Source: Acidobacteriota bacterium
Lineage (GTDB): Bacteria; Acidobacteriota; Vicinamibacteria; Marinacidobacterales; Marinacidobacteraceae
DNA length: 64,000 nt
Direction: 5' to 3'
NCBI GenBank assembly: GCA_022822745.1
Contig: JAJEAO010000008.1
Coordinates: 529-64,528, forward strand
The translations under genes were made by a program, and so were the position numbers. The notes beneath the pieces are model-generated. The model had not been told where the DNA came from, did not search any database, and saw only the letters and a list, made by a program, of their open reading frames with translations. This document shows, one piece after another, positions 20,901-29,124 of the stretch; position 1 is the first letter of the stretch, and each line of letters opens with the position of its first letter.

Positions 20901-21285
20901 GAAGCCCGTGCCATGGGGCCTCGTGCGGGAGAGCATCCGGCGCGCCGTGGACACGCGATGGCTGGAGATCGCAGATGGCGAGGTGGGGTGCCCCTACCAC
21001 GCCGCCGGACAGCTCCGCTTGAAGCGCCCGGAGTCGAAGCCTGAGCCTGAGCCGGTGCCGGATCCGGATCCAGTTCCAGGGAACGGTCGAGGCGCTCTTC
21101 TGGAGATGCATGAAGTTCAGAACCTCGGAGACCTGACATCCGATCTTCTGACGCTGACAGCCGGCCACGACTTTCGCTTTCGGGTCCGTCCGGAACCGGG
21201 AGGGACGCTGGACGATGAGCTTCTTCGTCGGGTCAACGAGCGGCTCGCGGAGATCTCCGCTGACCTGAGAGTCGATTCCCCATGA
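17986..21285 (+). CDS. DUF499-domain AAA+ ATPase
   Basis: PW..VRLR, FAADL, YGGGKTHTL, ILVDE, YPFHP and FQKTRGVLR. Confidence 0.93.
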   Translation: MAKRGRPTPWRKAVRLRDELLSGELTLAQFAADLHEVAQGMGSRPLYEDPARFFALTYATHAMRELVAGVAERLRGQSDKAVRLLEVTYGGGKTHTLITLHHLFRDPASLPALAAVREFREAVGGVLPGACVVSLCFDKIDVEKGIEDVPGPGGSRRTLRHPWSILAYQLAGDAGLALIHGEGLAEERTTPPAEPLVARLLRIPRKQGLGTLILVDEVLMYARQKAGMSGEWHSRVRNFFQYLVQAVVKVDRAAMVASLLPSDPTRQKDADGKLALGGIAQVFRRQQEEAIQPVSKEEAGEILRRRLFAPDRLDKPDSYRHHVIAAVRDLGRLDADIRKAPKESHARFLASYPFHPDFLDVFYSRWIHLEGFQKTRGVLRTLAIALKEAVGWDDSPVIGPAVLLAAPEERDASRALAELANVARSEEVEQRQIAWKQLLEKELELARQAQQDQPALVRHREVEQAVVTVFLHSQPVGHKAGTRDLIRLIGTRSPDAIELKKGLQRWRDTSWFLDDGEYAGSDEDLPTSWRLGDRPNLRQMHDQALRQRIRPETVEERLLEAIRKANKLKAGAKAAGAVVHLLPQRPADVKDDVQFRFVVLGPRAASESGKPSALARRFLDETTRPDRPRVHRNAVVLAVPSRDGLTAARSVMADLLGWQDVRAQLARPGHKMDPARRYRLDANLKRAEERLPDAVRQAYGTVVTTNKANQVHAFRLRADGGPLFDQICGDDRARIRQQPLEPAGLLPGAPNSLWHTGESSRRMVELAGAFARLPKLPKLLRPGVVRDTVIDGVEKGLFVARLPRPDGTSRTWWRDRVDSDAAKAADLEILLPEKAQLTGLDPKLLDPDGDRLPGLWAKGPLPVADVVAYFGGGRRIAVGEFDQVIAPKCDPAIVRSAVREAVEAGIVSLVNRPTSLWKEECPESALDGAAELRPAPELIPPGDLGPDALPAGWTDGATNGFTLAQALSQARGKPVPWGLVRESIRRAVDTRWLEIADGEVGCPYHAAGQLRLKRPESKPEPEPVPDPDPVPGNGRGALLEMHEVQNLGDLTSDLLTLTAGHDFRFRVRPEPGGTLDDELLRRVNERLAEISADLRVDSP

Positions 21286-22607
21286 TCCGTCGGATCGAGG
21301 CGCGGAACTACCGCTGCCTTCGGCATGTGGATGTCGAGCTGGACCGGTTCCAGTTGGCCGTCGGTCCAAACGCCTCGGGTAAAAGCACGCTCTTCGACGC
21401 AGTTTCGTTTCTGAGCGATGTGGTACGTGATGGCCTGAAGCAGGCGGTGAGCAAGCGAACCCAGAACCTTCAGGATCTCGTCTGGGGCCGTCCCTCTCAC
21501 GATCTTCGATTCGAGTTGGCGGTAGAGATGGATGCCCCAGAGGGGAGGGGTTTCTCCGAGTGGGTCAAGACTCGGAACTGCGACGGTCCCTGGCGCTATC
21601 GCCATGAGCTCGTCGTGGCCGAACGTGAGCGGGGCATCGGCATTGTCGAGGAGCGAGGCCTGTTGTTGAGCGTCGCGGCTCAGAAGGCGCGAGCGGGGCG
21701 GGAGTCAGGGAGTTCTGTCTGCCTTCCGCGCCGGGAACACCCGCGAGGCACCGGTCACGGTGCGAGAACACGGCACGAACTGTCCGCTGAGAGTTCGGGA
21801 GATCCCGTCCTCCTGTTCGCCTCCTCCGTGGATCGGGATCTCTCTCTCATGGACTGGAAGCATGCTCTCTTCACGGAGGAATGGCAGAACCTCCAGCGGC
21901 TCCAGCAGGACGGCCTGACTGCCGCTAATGTGGGGCGTGTTTTGGATATAATTCGGCTCCAGGGCCAGCGTGACGCCGTACACGATGTGTTCCTGAACGG
22001 TTTGCATCTCGTTCAGGTGGAATCCGATCAGATCCGCGCACCGAGCTCCACTCTTGCCCGTCCAGGCGCACTCGTCATGGACAGCTCCAACCTGCCGTGG
22101 ATGGTTCAGAAGCTCCAAGCGAGTCATCCCGACGAGTTTTCGGAGTGGATGGATCTCGTTCGCAGCACTCTGCCCGATGTGCGGGCCGTCGAAGTCAACG
22201 AGCGCGAAGACGAGCGGACGGCTTATCTGCTGGTGGAGTATGCGAACGGGCTGCGGGCGCCGTCATGGGTCGTGTCGGAAGGAACACTTCGGTTCCTTTT
22301 GCTCAGCCTGCTCCCTTTCCTGCCGTCCTCCAGCCTCTACCTCCTCGAGGAGCCGGAAAACGGATTCCATCCGTTCGTGCTGGATGCGGTGTATTCCTCG
22401 CTAGCGTGCCCCGGCTCGTCGCAGGTCATCGCGGCGACCCACTCCACCGAGCTCGTGCGGCTGGCATCCCCGGAGGAGATCCTGTGTTTCCGCCGCGACG
22501 CCGAAGGGGCGACCGAGATCATTCGCGGAACGGACCATCCCATCTTTCGCGACGCGGACGATGAGCCTGACGTCCGTCTCCTCTTCTCGACGCTTCCGTT
22601 CGACTGA
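21282..22607 (+). CDS. ABC/AAA_21 ATPase, MAD3-like
   Basis: GPNASGKS, SEGTLR, LLEEPENGFHP and ATHS; ATGA overlap with DUF499. Confidence 0.88.
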   Translation: MIRRIEARNYRCLRHVDVELDRFQLAVGPNASGKSTLFDAVSFLSDVVRDGLKQAVSKRTQNLQDLVWGRPSHDLRFELAVEMDAPEGRGFSEWVKTRNCDGPWRYRHELVVAERERGIGIVEERGLLLSVAAQKARAGRESGSSVCLPRREHPRGTGHGARTRHELSAESSGDPVLLFASSVDRDLSLMDWKHALFTEEWQNLQRLQQDGLTAANVGRVLDIIRLQGQRDAVHDVFLNGLHLVQVESDQIRAPSSTLARPGALVMDSSNLPWMVQKLQASHPDEFSEWMDLVRSTLPDVRAVEVNEREDERTAYLLVEYANGLRAPSWVVSEGTLRFLLLSLLPFLPSSSLYLLEEPENGFHPFVLDAVYSSLACPGSSQVIAATHSTELVRLASPEEILCFRRDAEGATEIIRGTDHPIFRDADDEPDVRLLFSTLPFD

Positions 22608-22621
22608 CTTCGGAGCAGCGT

Positions 22622-23242
22622 GTGGCTGATCTCGTCGTGCTGGTTCCCTGCGCGGACATCGAGAAAACAGTGCAAGGGCTTCTCGAGCGTGGCTCGCTCG
22701 GCATCCGAGGTGTGTCCTTTCTCGTGGTGCGGCATCCCATGCGCGACTCCGGCTGTCGCGATGGGGCGGCTGAACTTCTCCGTCCCCAACGAGGCGAGCA
22801 CCGCCGCGCTCTTGTGATCTTCGACCGACATGGGTGCGGCAGCGACGATGCACGTGAGGTGATCCAGCAAACCGTCGAGCGGAAGCTGGTGCTGAGCGGG
22901 TGGAAGCCGGAGTGTTGCAAGGCGATCGTCATCGACCCGGAGGTTGAGGCGTGGCTCTGGAATGGATCACCACATGTCGCCCGTGCGCTCGGCTGGCGCA
23001 GCTACACTCGGCTCCGCCGCTATCTGAGGCGAGCCTGCCTCTGGCCGGCAGACGCGCCGAAGCCACCCGATCCAAAGCGAGCGCTGAAGAGGGCGCTCCG
23101 CGCCGCGCCGACTCGGCGCGGGACGTGGAACGAGCAGGACTTCCTGCAGCTCGCTCGACGTATGACGCTGCGCGGCTGCGTGGATCCGGCGTTCGTGGAG
23201 CTCAGGGACACGCTTCGCCGGTGGTTCCCGCCCGATTCGTAG
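22622..23242 (+). CDS. MAD4-like (TOPRIM-like) partner protein
   Basis: DLVVLV.D.E..GLL.R..LGIR, HPMRDSGC, FDRHGCG, IDPEVEAWLW, KPPDPK and C.DPAF. Confidence 0.78.
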   Translation: MADLVVLVPCADIEKTVQGLLERGSLGIRGVSFLVVRHPMRDSGCRDGAAELLRPQRGEHRRALVIFDRHGCGSDDAREVIQQTVERKLVLSGWKPECCKAIVIDPEVEAWLWNGSPHVARALGWRSYTRLRRYLRRACLWPADAPKPPDPKRALKRALRAAPTRRGTWNEQDFLQLARRMTLRGCVDPAFVELRDTLRRWFPPDS

Positions 23243-23289
23243 TCGAATCCGGCCGGCCGGTAGCGCCTGATCCCCGTACGCGATTCGGC

Positions 23290-24306
23290 TCAGGGGCGCG
23301 GTCCGGCGGGCGGGGCGGTCGCCGACCGGATGCCGAGCGCTGGCGGCAGCTCGATCCCGGCGGCGTTCTCGAGGGCCTGGAGCGTGGGGCTCTCGAGGAG
23401 AGCGTCGTCGGCGATCGGGTCCGCCTGCAGCTTCAGGTGGGCGAACGCGCGCCCGGCTGGCGTGAGACGTCCCTCCCGGGTGTACGCGGGCAGCACCTTC
23501 AGCCGGACCGTTCCCCGCACGTTGCCGCCGATGGCCAGGAGGCGGCTCCGCTGGGGCTCCAGCCGGACCACGATGTCGCAGTGCATCCGGGCGCTGACCC
23601 CGAGGTGCCGTCTCCGCTGGGCGATGGAGGCATAGGCGTTCCGACGGCTGCTGCAGAGCAGATCCCCCGGGGCGACGGCGGTCTCGCCGATGTCGTGGGC
23701 GCGGAAGGCGGCCGAGGCGGAGTCGCTGTCACGGGCGCGAATCGCCTGATCCACGTAGATGTGGTGGGCGATGGCGCGCTGGAACTGGTCGGAGTCCCCC
23801 AGGCCGCCTTCGCACATCACCCACGAGATGAATGCCGCCGACCACGGATCCCGCCAGCGGGACATCAATCCCTCGGGCCGGTTCCACCGCGCGTTCTGGC
23901 GATCCAGCATCCACGCGCCCTGCGGCGTGGCCGCCCAGTAGCCCCCGATCGTCGAAGCCACGCGGGCGCCTTCCTCGGGATTCATGGGACGCCACCACCA
24001 GCGTCGGCCCCGGGTCGAAGCGCGGTCGCGCGGCGCCGTCTCGTCCGTGACCGGGAACCCGAAGAAGCCCCACTCCTGCGCCGCCACGTCCACGATGCGC
24101 TGGGGGATCTCGGTCGTCGGTGCGCTGCGACAGGCGACCGACCGGACTCGCATCCGACCCGGCGATCCCTCGACGCGAATCGAAGGCGGCGCGGCGTCGA
24201 ACCGCTCCGGCGGGAGCCGCGGGAACGGACTCCCCTGCCCGGTCGCAGAGACCGGCAGCGTCAGGGCGAGCGTGACACCCATCAGGGTGCGGAGGATCGT
24301 CGTCAT
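23290..24306 (-). CDS. Secreted DUF2272-domain (CHAP-like) protein
   Basis: ATG 24306 with signal peptide; PWSAAFISWVM, PGDLLC, HCDIVV and IGGNV. Confidence 0.88.
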   Translation of the reverse strand: MTTILRTLMGVTLALTLPVSATGQGSPFPRLPPERFDAAPPSIRVEGSPGRMRVRSVACRSAPTTEIPQRIVDVAAQEWGFFGFPVTDETAPRDRASTRGRRWWWRPMNPEEGARVASTIGGYWAATPQGAWMLDRQNARWNRPEGLMSRWRDPWSAAFISWVMCEGGLGDSDQFQRAIAHHIYVDQAIRARDSDSASAAFRAHDIGETAVAPGDLLCSSRRNAYASIAQRRRHLGVSARMHCDIVVRLEPQRSRLLAIGGNVRGTVRLKVLPAYTREGRLTPAGRAFAHLKLQADPIADDALLESPTLQALENAAGIELPPALGIRSATAPPAGPRP

Positions 24307-24410
24307 GGAGGCTCCCGAAACGGGGGAATGGAAGGTATCAGCCGCGCGAACGCGGAGCGGCCGGCACAGGGCCGGGGAGTCGGAACCGTCGCTCTTAGAA
24401 TCCCGGCGCC

Positions 24411-25979
24411 GTGTCCGTCGTCCGCCTCCGCAGCTACCTCTCGGGCGAGTGGACCGAGGGGTCCGGTCCCGAACAGATCCTGCACGACGCCGGCAGCGGC
24501 GAGCCGGTCGCCAGGCTACGGAGCGGCGGCCATGACCTCGCGGCCGCAACGAGATTCGGGCGGCGGGTCGGGGGCCCGGCGCTCCGCCGGCTCTCGTTCC
24601 GGGCGCGCGCCGATCTCGTCTCCGCGCTGGCGCGATCGCTTCGGGGCCATCGGGACGAGTTCCTCGACCTCGCCCGAACCTACGGGGCCACGCTCGCCGA
24701 CGCGCGCTTCGACGTGGATGGCGGGCTGGGGACGCTCGGGCACTACGGGAAGCTGGGGCGCTCGCTCCCGGACACGCATTGGCTGCCCGATGGAGCGGTC
24801 GAGCCGCTCTCCCGTTCCGGCGGCTTCGCCGGACGACACATCCTCGTCCCCCGGGAGGGCGTGGCGGTCCAGATCAACGCCTACAACTTCCCCTGCTGGG
24901 GGCCTCTCGAGAAGCTCGGACCCGCGCTCCTCGCCGGCGTCCCCACTCTGGTCAAGCCCGCCACCCGCTCGGCGCCGCTCACCTGCCGGCTGGTGGAGCG
25001 GATCGTGGAGGCCGGAGTGCTTCCCGACGGGGCAATTCAGTTGCTCGTGGGCGGCGCCGGGGATCTCCTCGACCACCTGGAGTCGCAGGACGCGGTGCTG
25101 TTCACCGGCTCCGCCCGGACCGCCCGCCGGATTCGGTCGCACCCGCGCGTCATCCGCGAATCGGTGCGGGTCAACGTGGAGGCGGATTCGCTGAACGCAG
25201 CGGTGCTGGGTCCGGACGGCGTTCCCGGGTCCGCTGTGCGCGAGGCATTCCTGCGAGAGGTCCGGCGGGAACTCGCCCAGAAGGCCGGGCAGAAGTGCAC
25301 CGCGATCCGGCGCGCGTTCGTCCCGGCGGGTGAGTTCGAATCGGTGTGCCGGGAGACGGCCGCGCTCGTTCGGCGGATGTCCCCCGGAGATCCCCGGGCG
25401 GAGGACACCCGGCTCGGGCCGCTCGTGGATCCGGAGGCGGTCGCGGCATGTCGCGAAGGGCTGGATTCGCTGGAGGCCGAGACGGAGCGCATCGCCGGCG
25501 ACCCGGGCGACCCCGGTCCGGCGGGGTCGTCCTTCGGTCCGGTTGTCCTCCGGCTGCGCGAGGGAGCGCGCCCCGATGCGGTTCACCGGGTGGAAGTCTT
25601 CGGCCCGGTCGTGACGCTGCTTCCCTACGCCTCGTCGGAGGAGGCCGCGGAGGGATGTCGGGCGGGCGGAGGCAGCCTGGTGACGTCCGTCTTCAGCGAG
25701 GACCGTGTTTTCCTCGGTCGCATGACGATGTCGCTGGCGGCGTGGAACGGGCGGGTTCTCACCGTGTCGGGTCGGGCGCTCGCCGAATCCACCGGCCACG
25801 GGACTGTCATGCCGCAACTCGTCCACGGCGGTCCCGGGCGCGCCGGCGGAGGCGAGGAACTCGGCGGGCTCCGCGCGCTCTCCGCGTTCGTGAACCGGTG
25901 CGCGATCCAGGGCGATCCGGACACACTGGATGCGCTGTTCCCGGAGCCGACGAGCGGGGTACGAGCCGCGCCCCTATAA
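24411..25979 (+). CDS. PaaZ-N / 3,4-dehydroadipyl-CoA semialdehyde dehydrogenase-type aldehyde dehydrogenase (no MaoC domain)
   Basis: INAYNFPCWG, FTGSA, EADSLN, KAGQKCTAIRR, EVFGPV and HGGPGRAGGGEELGG. Confidence 0.9.
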   Translation: MSVVRLRSYLSGEWTEGSGPEQILHDAGSGEPVARLRSGGHDLAAATRFGRRVGGPALRRLSFRARADLVSALARSLRGHRDEFLDLARTYGATLADARFDVDGGLGTLGHYGKLGRSLPDTHWLPDGAVEPLSRSGGFAGRHILVPREGVAVQINAYNFPCWGPLEKLGPALLAGVPTLVKPATRSAPLTCRLVERIVEAGVLPDGAIQLLVGGAGDLLDHLESQDAVLFTGSARTARRIRSHPRVIRESVRVNVEADSLNAAVLGPDGVPGSAVREAFLREVRRELAQKAGQKCTAIRRAFVPAGEFESVCRETAALVRRMSPGDPRAEDTRLGPLVDPEAVAACREGLDSLEAETERIAGDPGDPGPAGSSFGPVVLRLREGARPDAVHRVEVFGPVVTLLPYASSEEAAEGCRAGGGSLVTSVFSEDRVFLGRMTMSLAAWNGRVLTVSGRALAESTGHGTVMPQLVHGGPGRAGGGEELGGLRALSAFVNRCAIQGDPDTLDALFPEPTSGVRAAPL

Positions 25980-25992
25980 TCCGTGCGCTTCT

Positions 25993-26066
25993 CGGGGCGT
26001 GGCGCAGTCTGGCAGCGCGCCTGCTTTGGGAGCAGGAAGCCGGAGGTTCGAATCCTCTCGCCCCGA
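25993..26066 (+). tRNA. tRNA-Pro(UGG), CCA not encoded
   Basis: Cloverleaf; anticodon arm CCTGC-TTTGGGA-GCAGG; GGTTCGAATCC; TATAAT at 25975-25980. Confidence 0.95.
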
Positions 26067-26098
26067 CGAACGGCGGGGGCCAGGACCAGCGCGCGGGA

Positions 26099-26175
26099 GC
26101 GCCAGTAGCTCAGCTGGACAGAGCGGCGGCCTTCTAAGCCGCGGGTCGGGGGTTCGAATCCTCCCTGGCGCGCCA
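26099..26175 (+). tRNA. tRNA-Arg(UCU)
   Basis: Acceptor GCGCCAG/CTGGCGC; arm GCGGC-CTTCTAA-GCCGC; encoded CCA. Confidence 0.96.
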
Positions 26176-26207
26176 GTCGCCGCAGGATGGCGCACCCCGC
26201 CCCGGCT

Positions 26208-26280
26208 GGTGGATGTAGCTCAATGGCAGAGCACCGGATTGTGGATCCGGTGGTTGGGGGTTCGAGTCCCCTCATCCACC
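26208..26280 (+). tRNA. tRNA-His(GUG)
   Basis: G-1:C73 pair; arm CCGGA-TTGTGGA-TCCGG; GGTTCGAGTCC. Confidence 0.95.
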
Positions 26281-26534
26281 CCGCCTCGACGGGAGCGCTC
26301 CCTGTATACGCAGCTCACCGGGAGCGCTTGCTCGATGCGCATCTCGACGGGAGCGCTCCCTTGATGCTGATGCGCGGCTCACCGGGACTCGGTTCCCTTG
26401 TCGAGGATCCGAACCAGCCCGTCGTACGAGAAGACGGCCCCCCGCTTCCGGCCGTCCACCCGTACGAAGAGTTCTTTCCCCGCACCCGAGAAAAGGAGAA
26501 GTTCGGGCCGAACTTGACTCAATCGGCGCCTTGG

Positions 26535-27632
26535 CTACGGCGTGATGACGGCCTTCGTCACTCGCAGCGCCGCGACGTCGTCGAGCGCCTCGTTGGCCTC
26601 CTCCAGCCGGTAGCGCTGGCCGATGACCGGGGCGAACCGGATTCGGTTGCGATGGCGAACCAGGACATCGAGAGCCCGGGTCCAGTGGTGGAACTCGCTG
26701 CCCCACTGTCCGAGGACTTCCACATGCTTGCGGTTGATCTGGGTGTGCGGGTTCAGCGGGATCTCGCCGGCGTCGGTGTAGTGGCCGACGATCACGTAGC
26801 GGCCGCCGTCCCGGACCATCGAGAACCCCTCGGGAACGGCCCGGGGGTTTCCGCTCGCCTCGATCACGAGATCCGCGCCGCGCCCCCCGGTCCGCTCGCG
26901 CACGCGGGCGGCGCGGTCGTCTCCCGTCGCGCCCTCGAGGGGAAGCGTCTCGTCGGCGCCGAGGTCGAGCGCGAGCTTCCGGCGGGCCGCCGGTTCGCCG
27001 ACCGCGAGGATCTCTCCCGCGCCCGCCGCCCGGGCGAAGGCGATGGCGGAGAGCCCGACCGGCCCGACGCCCTGGACCACGACGCTGTCGGCGAGCCGCA
27101 GACGCGCCCGGTCCACCGCCGAGAACCCGGTGAACAGTCCGCAGCCGCCGCCGATCAGGTCGTCCACCGAGAGTTCGTCGGGCGCCGCGAGAGTGAGCAC
27201 GCCGCGACGCAGCAGGATGTGATCCGACCAGCCGCCGAGGAGGCCGTCCTCCGCCGAGTAGGTGATCCCGTACACTCGGCGTTCGGGGCAGCGGGTCGGT
27301 TGGCGGGCCACCAGGCACTGGTAGCAGGCGTGGCAGGTGGCGTGGACGTCGAAGAACGTGACGAGATCGCCTTCCCGGATGCGGGCCCCGACGCCGTCGC
27401 GGTCCACCCGGTTCGCCGCTGCGACGCGGCCCACGCTGACATGCCCCGGGATGATCGGATACGGAACTCCGGCGAGACGTCCGTCGCGGAGGTGGACATC
27501 CGTGCCGCAGACCTCGGAGGCTTCGGTCCGGAGCAGGATTTCTCCGGGCCCGGGGTCGGGCAGCGGCAACTCGCGCACCTCGACCGGTTCGTGGGGGCCG
27601 GGCAGAACCGCTGCCCGCGCCCTGCCGGTCAT
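26535..27632 (-). CDS. Zinc-binding alcohol dehydrogenase family protein
   Basis: CGTDVH, GH, CHACYQC..C and GVGPVG; ATG overlaps the arsS stop. Confidence 0.9.
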   Translation of the reverse strand: MTGRARAAVLPGPHEPVEVRELPLPDPGPGEILLRTEASEVCGTDVHLRDGRLAGVPYPIIPGHVSVGRVAAANRVDRDGVGARIREGDLVTFFDVHATCHACYQCLVARQPTRCPERRVYGITYSAEDGLLGGWSDHILLRRGVLTLAAPDELSVDDLIGGGCGLFTGFSAVDRARLRLADSVVVQGVGPVGLSAIAFARAAGAGEILAVGEPAARRKLALDLGADETLPLEGATGDDRAARVRERTGGRGADLVIEASGNPRAVPEGFSMVRDGGRYVIVGHYTDAGEIPLNPHTQINRKHVEVLGQWGSEFHHWTRALDVLVRHRNRIRFAPVIGQRYRLEEANEALDDVAALRVTKAVITP

Positions 27633-28645
27633 GCCGTCGTCCCTCCGCAGCTCGATCCCGCTCCCGCCGTGCACCCGTAGCAATGGAGTCCGGTGACGAT
27701 CCGGCGCCCGGCGAGTCTCTCGACCGAGAAGTCGCGGATGTGGGCCGGCGCCCCGAATCCCACGGTGTCGTCGAGCATCTGGTTGAAATCGCAGTCGTAG
27801 AGCCGCCCGTCCCATCCCACGGAGAGCGTGTTCCGGCACATGACCGCTTCGGCGGCCGCCGGGTTGAAGGCGTTCACCAGGCGTTCCATGTAACGCTGGT
27901 AGTTGCCGCTCTCGAGCAGGAAGTCGAGGAAGCGGCTGATCGGGATGTTCGTGATCGCGTAGAGGTGGTCGAAGCGAATGCCGTATCGCCGATCCAGCTC
28001 CCGCTTGAACTCGCGCTCCAGCGCCGCCTGGTCTCCCGGCAGGAAGGCCCCCGTCGGGTTGTACACGAGGTTCAGCTGCAGCCGTCCGCCCTGTCCGTAG
28101 CCGAGCCGGTTGAGGAGCAGCAGCGCCTCGATGGACTGATCGAAGACGCCTTCCCCCCGTTGGGCGTCGGTGCGCTCGGCGAGGAAATAGGGGAGGCTCG
28201 CGACGACCTCGACTTCGCGCTCGGCGAGGAATCCGGCGAGATCGGGCTGGGACCGGAGCAGGAGGACGGTGAGGTTGCACCGGTCGATCACATGACGGCC
28301 CAGCGCGCGCGACTGGTCCACGAGGTAACGGAAGTTGGGGTTCAGCTCGGGCGCTCCTCCGGTGATATCCACGGTGAGCGCCGATGTCTGCTCGAGCGCC
28401 CGCACGCACGCTTCCGCGGTTTCGCGGGTCATCCGCTCGGTTCGGTGCGGTCCGGCGTCCACATGGCAGTGGTGGCAGGTCTGGTTGCAGAGCTTGCCCA
28501 CGTTGATCTGGAAGATGTCGATCCCGTCGGCGCGAAGGGGTTCGAGACCGTGGTCGGCGAGCGTCCGCGCGAAGGACGGGCGGGCGAACGGAGGAGGCCG
28601 GCGCGGGATCTCGGTGGCGGCGACCGGGAGTTCGAGAACGGCCAT
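27629..28645 (-). CDS. arsS: ArsS-family radical SAM protein (Cys form)
   Basis: QINVGKLCNQTCHHCHVDAGP, DITGGAPELNP, YDCDFNQML and HCYGCTAGAGSSCGG. Confidence 0.9.
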   Translation of the reverse strand: MAVLELPVAATEIPRRPPPFARPSFARTLADHGLEPLRADGIDIFQINVGKLCNQTCHHCHVDAGPHRTERMTRETAEACVRALEQTSALTVDITGGAPELNPNFRYLVDQSRALGRHVIDRCNLTVLLLRSQPDLAGFLAEREVEVVASLPYFLAERTDAQRGEGVFDQSIEALLLLNRLGYGQGGRLQLNLVYNPTGAFLPGDQAALEREFKRELDRRYGIRFDHLYAITNIPISRFLDFLLESGNYQRYMERLVNAFNPAAAEAVMCRNTLSVGWDGRLYDCDFNQMLDDTVGFGAPAHIRDFSVERLAGRRIVTGLHCYGCTAGAGSSCGGTTA

Positions 28646-28977
28646 CACATGCTCAACCCAGTGGTCCGGTTCCGCATCTGGACTCCGTGGACGAGCGCGG
28701 CGCCACCCCGGATGGCCCCCGCCACGTGGACCGCTTCCGTCATCTGGTCGAGATTCGAGCCGGTCTCGAGACACTTCTCGGACCAGGCGTCGATGCAGTA
28801 CGGGCACTGGAGCGCGTGCGAGACGCCGAGCGCGATGAGCGCCTTCTCCCGCGCGGTCAGGGCCCCCTCCGCGAACGTGGCGGAGTACCACGCCTCGAAC
28901 TTCTTCCACAGCTCGGGCGCGTTCTTTCCGATCTCGCCGAAACGGTGGAGATCGCTGTCGTCGTAGTAGTGGCTCAA
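28645..28977 (-). CDS. ArsS-associated CMD/AhpD peroxidase-like protein
   Basis: TTG start; YY..DL..F, LTAREKALIAL..QCPYCID and LVHGVQM. Confidence 0.88.
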   Translation of the reverse strand: MSHYYDDSDLHRFGEIGKNAPELWKKFEAWYSATFAEGALTAREKALIALGVSHALQCPYCIDAWSEKCLETGSNLDQMTEAVHVAGAIRGGAALVHGVQMRNRTTGLSM

Positions 28978-29035
28978 AGGTGCCCTCGCTTCGCCCCCGC
29001 CCGCGGTGAGACTAGCCGCATCGGCCCTCGGCCCC

Positions 29036-29062
29036 ATGGACCGCCGCTCTCCAGAGCGGCAC
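29036..29062 (+). repeat. REP-like palindrome, single copy
   Basis: ATGGACCGCCGCTCTCCAGAGCGGCAC; same family as the copies at 31.3, 54.4 and 62.7 kb. Confidence 0.7.
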
Positions 29063-29124
29063 GGAGACAGCGCCGTCGGCTCACGGAGGCCCGTTCGCAC
29101 GCGGCTGGTAGCCTCCGCCCCCTG

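Larger units (their letters stand above)
6712..23430. mobile_element. Putative defence island between the two DUF2272 3'-end copies (no integrase seen)
   Basis: Flanking direct repeat, IS remnant, defence-type cargo and AT-richer segments. Confidence 0.55.

Noticed and set aside
9913-21285. Canonical BREX or DISARM call
   Set aside because: No PglZ, BrxA/B/L or DrmA/B (DUF1998) genes are seen.
25993-26530. Integrative element at the tRNA cluster
   Set aside because: No integrase, and I found no duplicated tRNA 3' end in the window.
27629-27680. ArsS as a second selenoprotein
   Set aside because: The C-terminal GSSCGG is encoded with Cys; there is no in-frame UGA.
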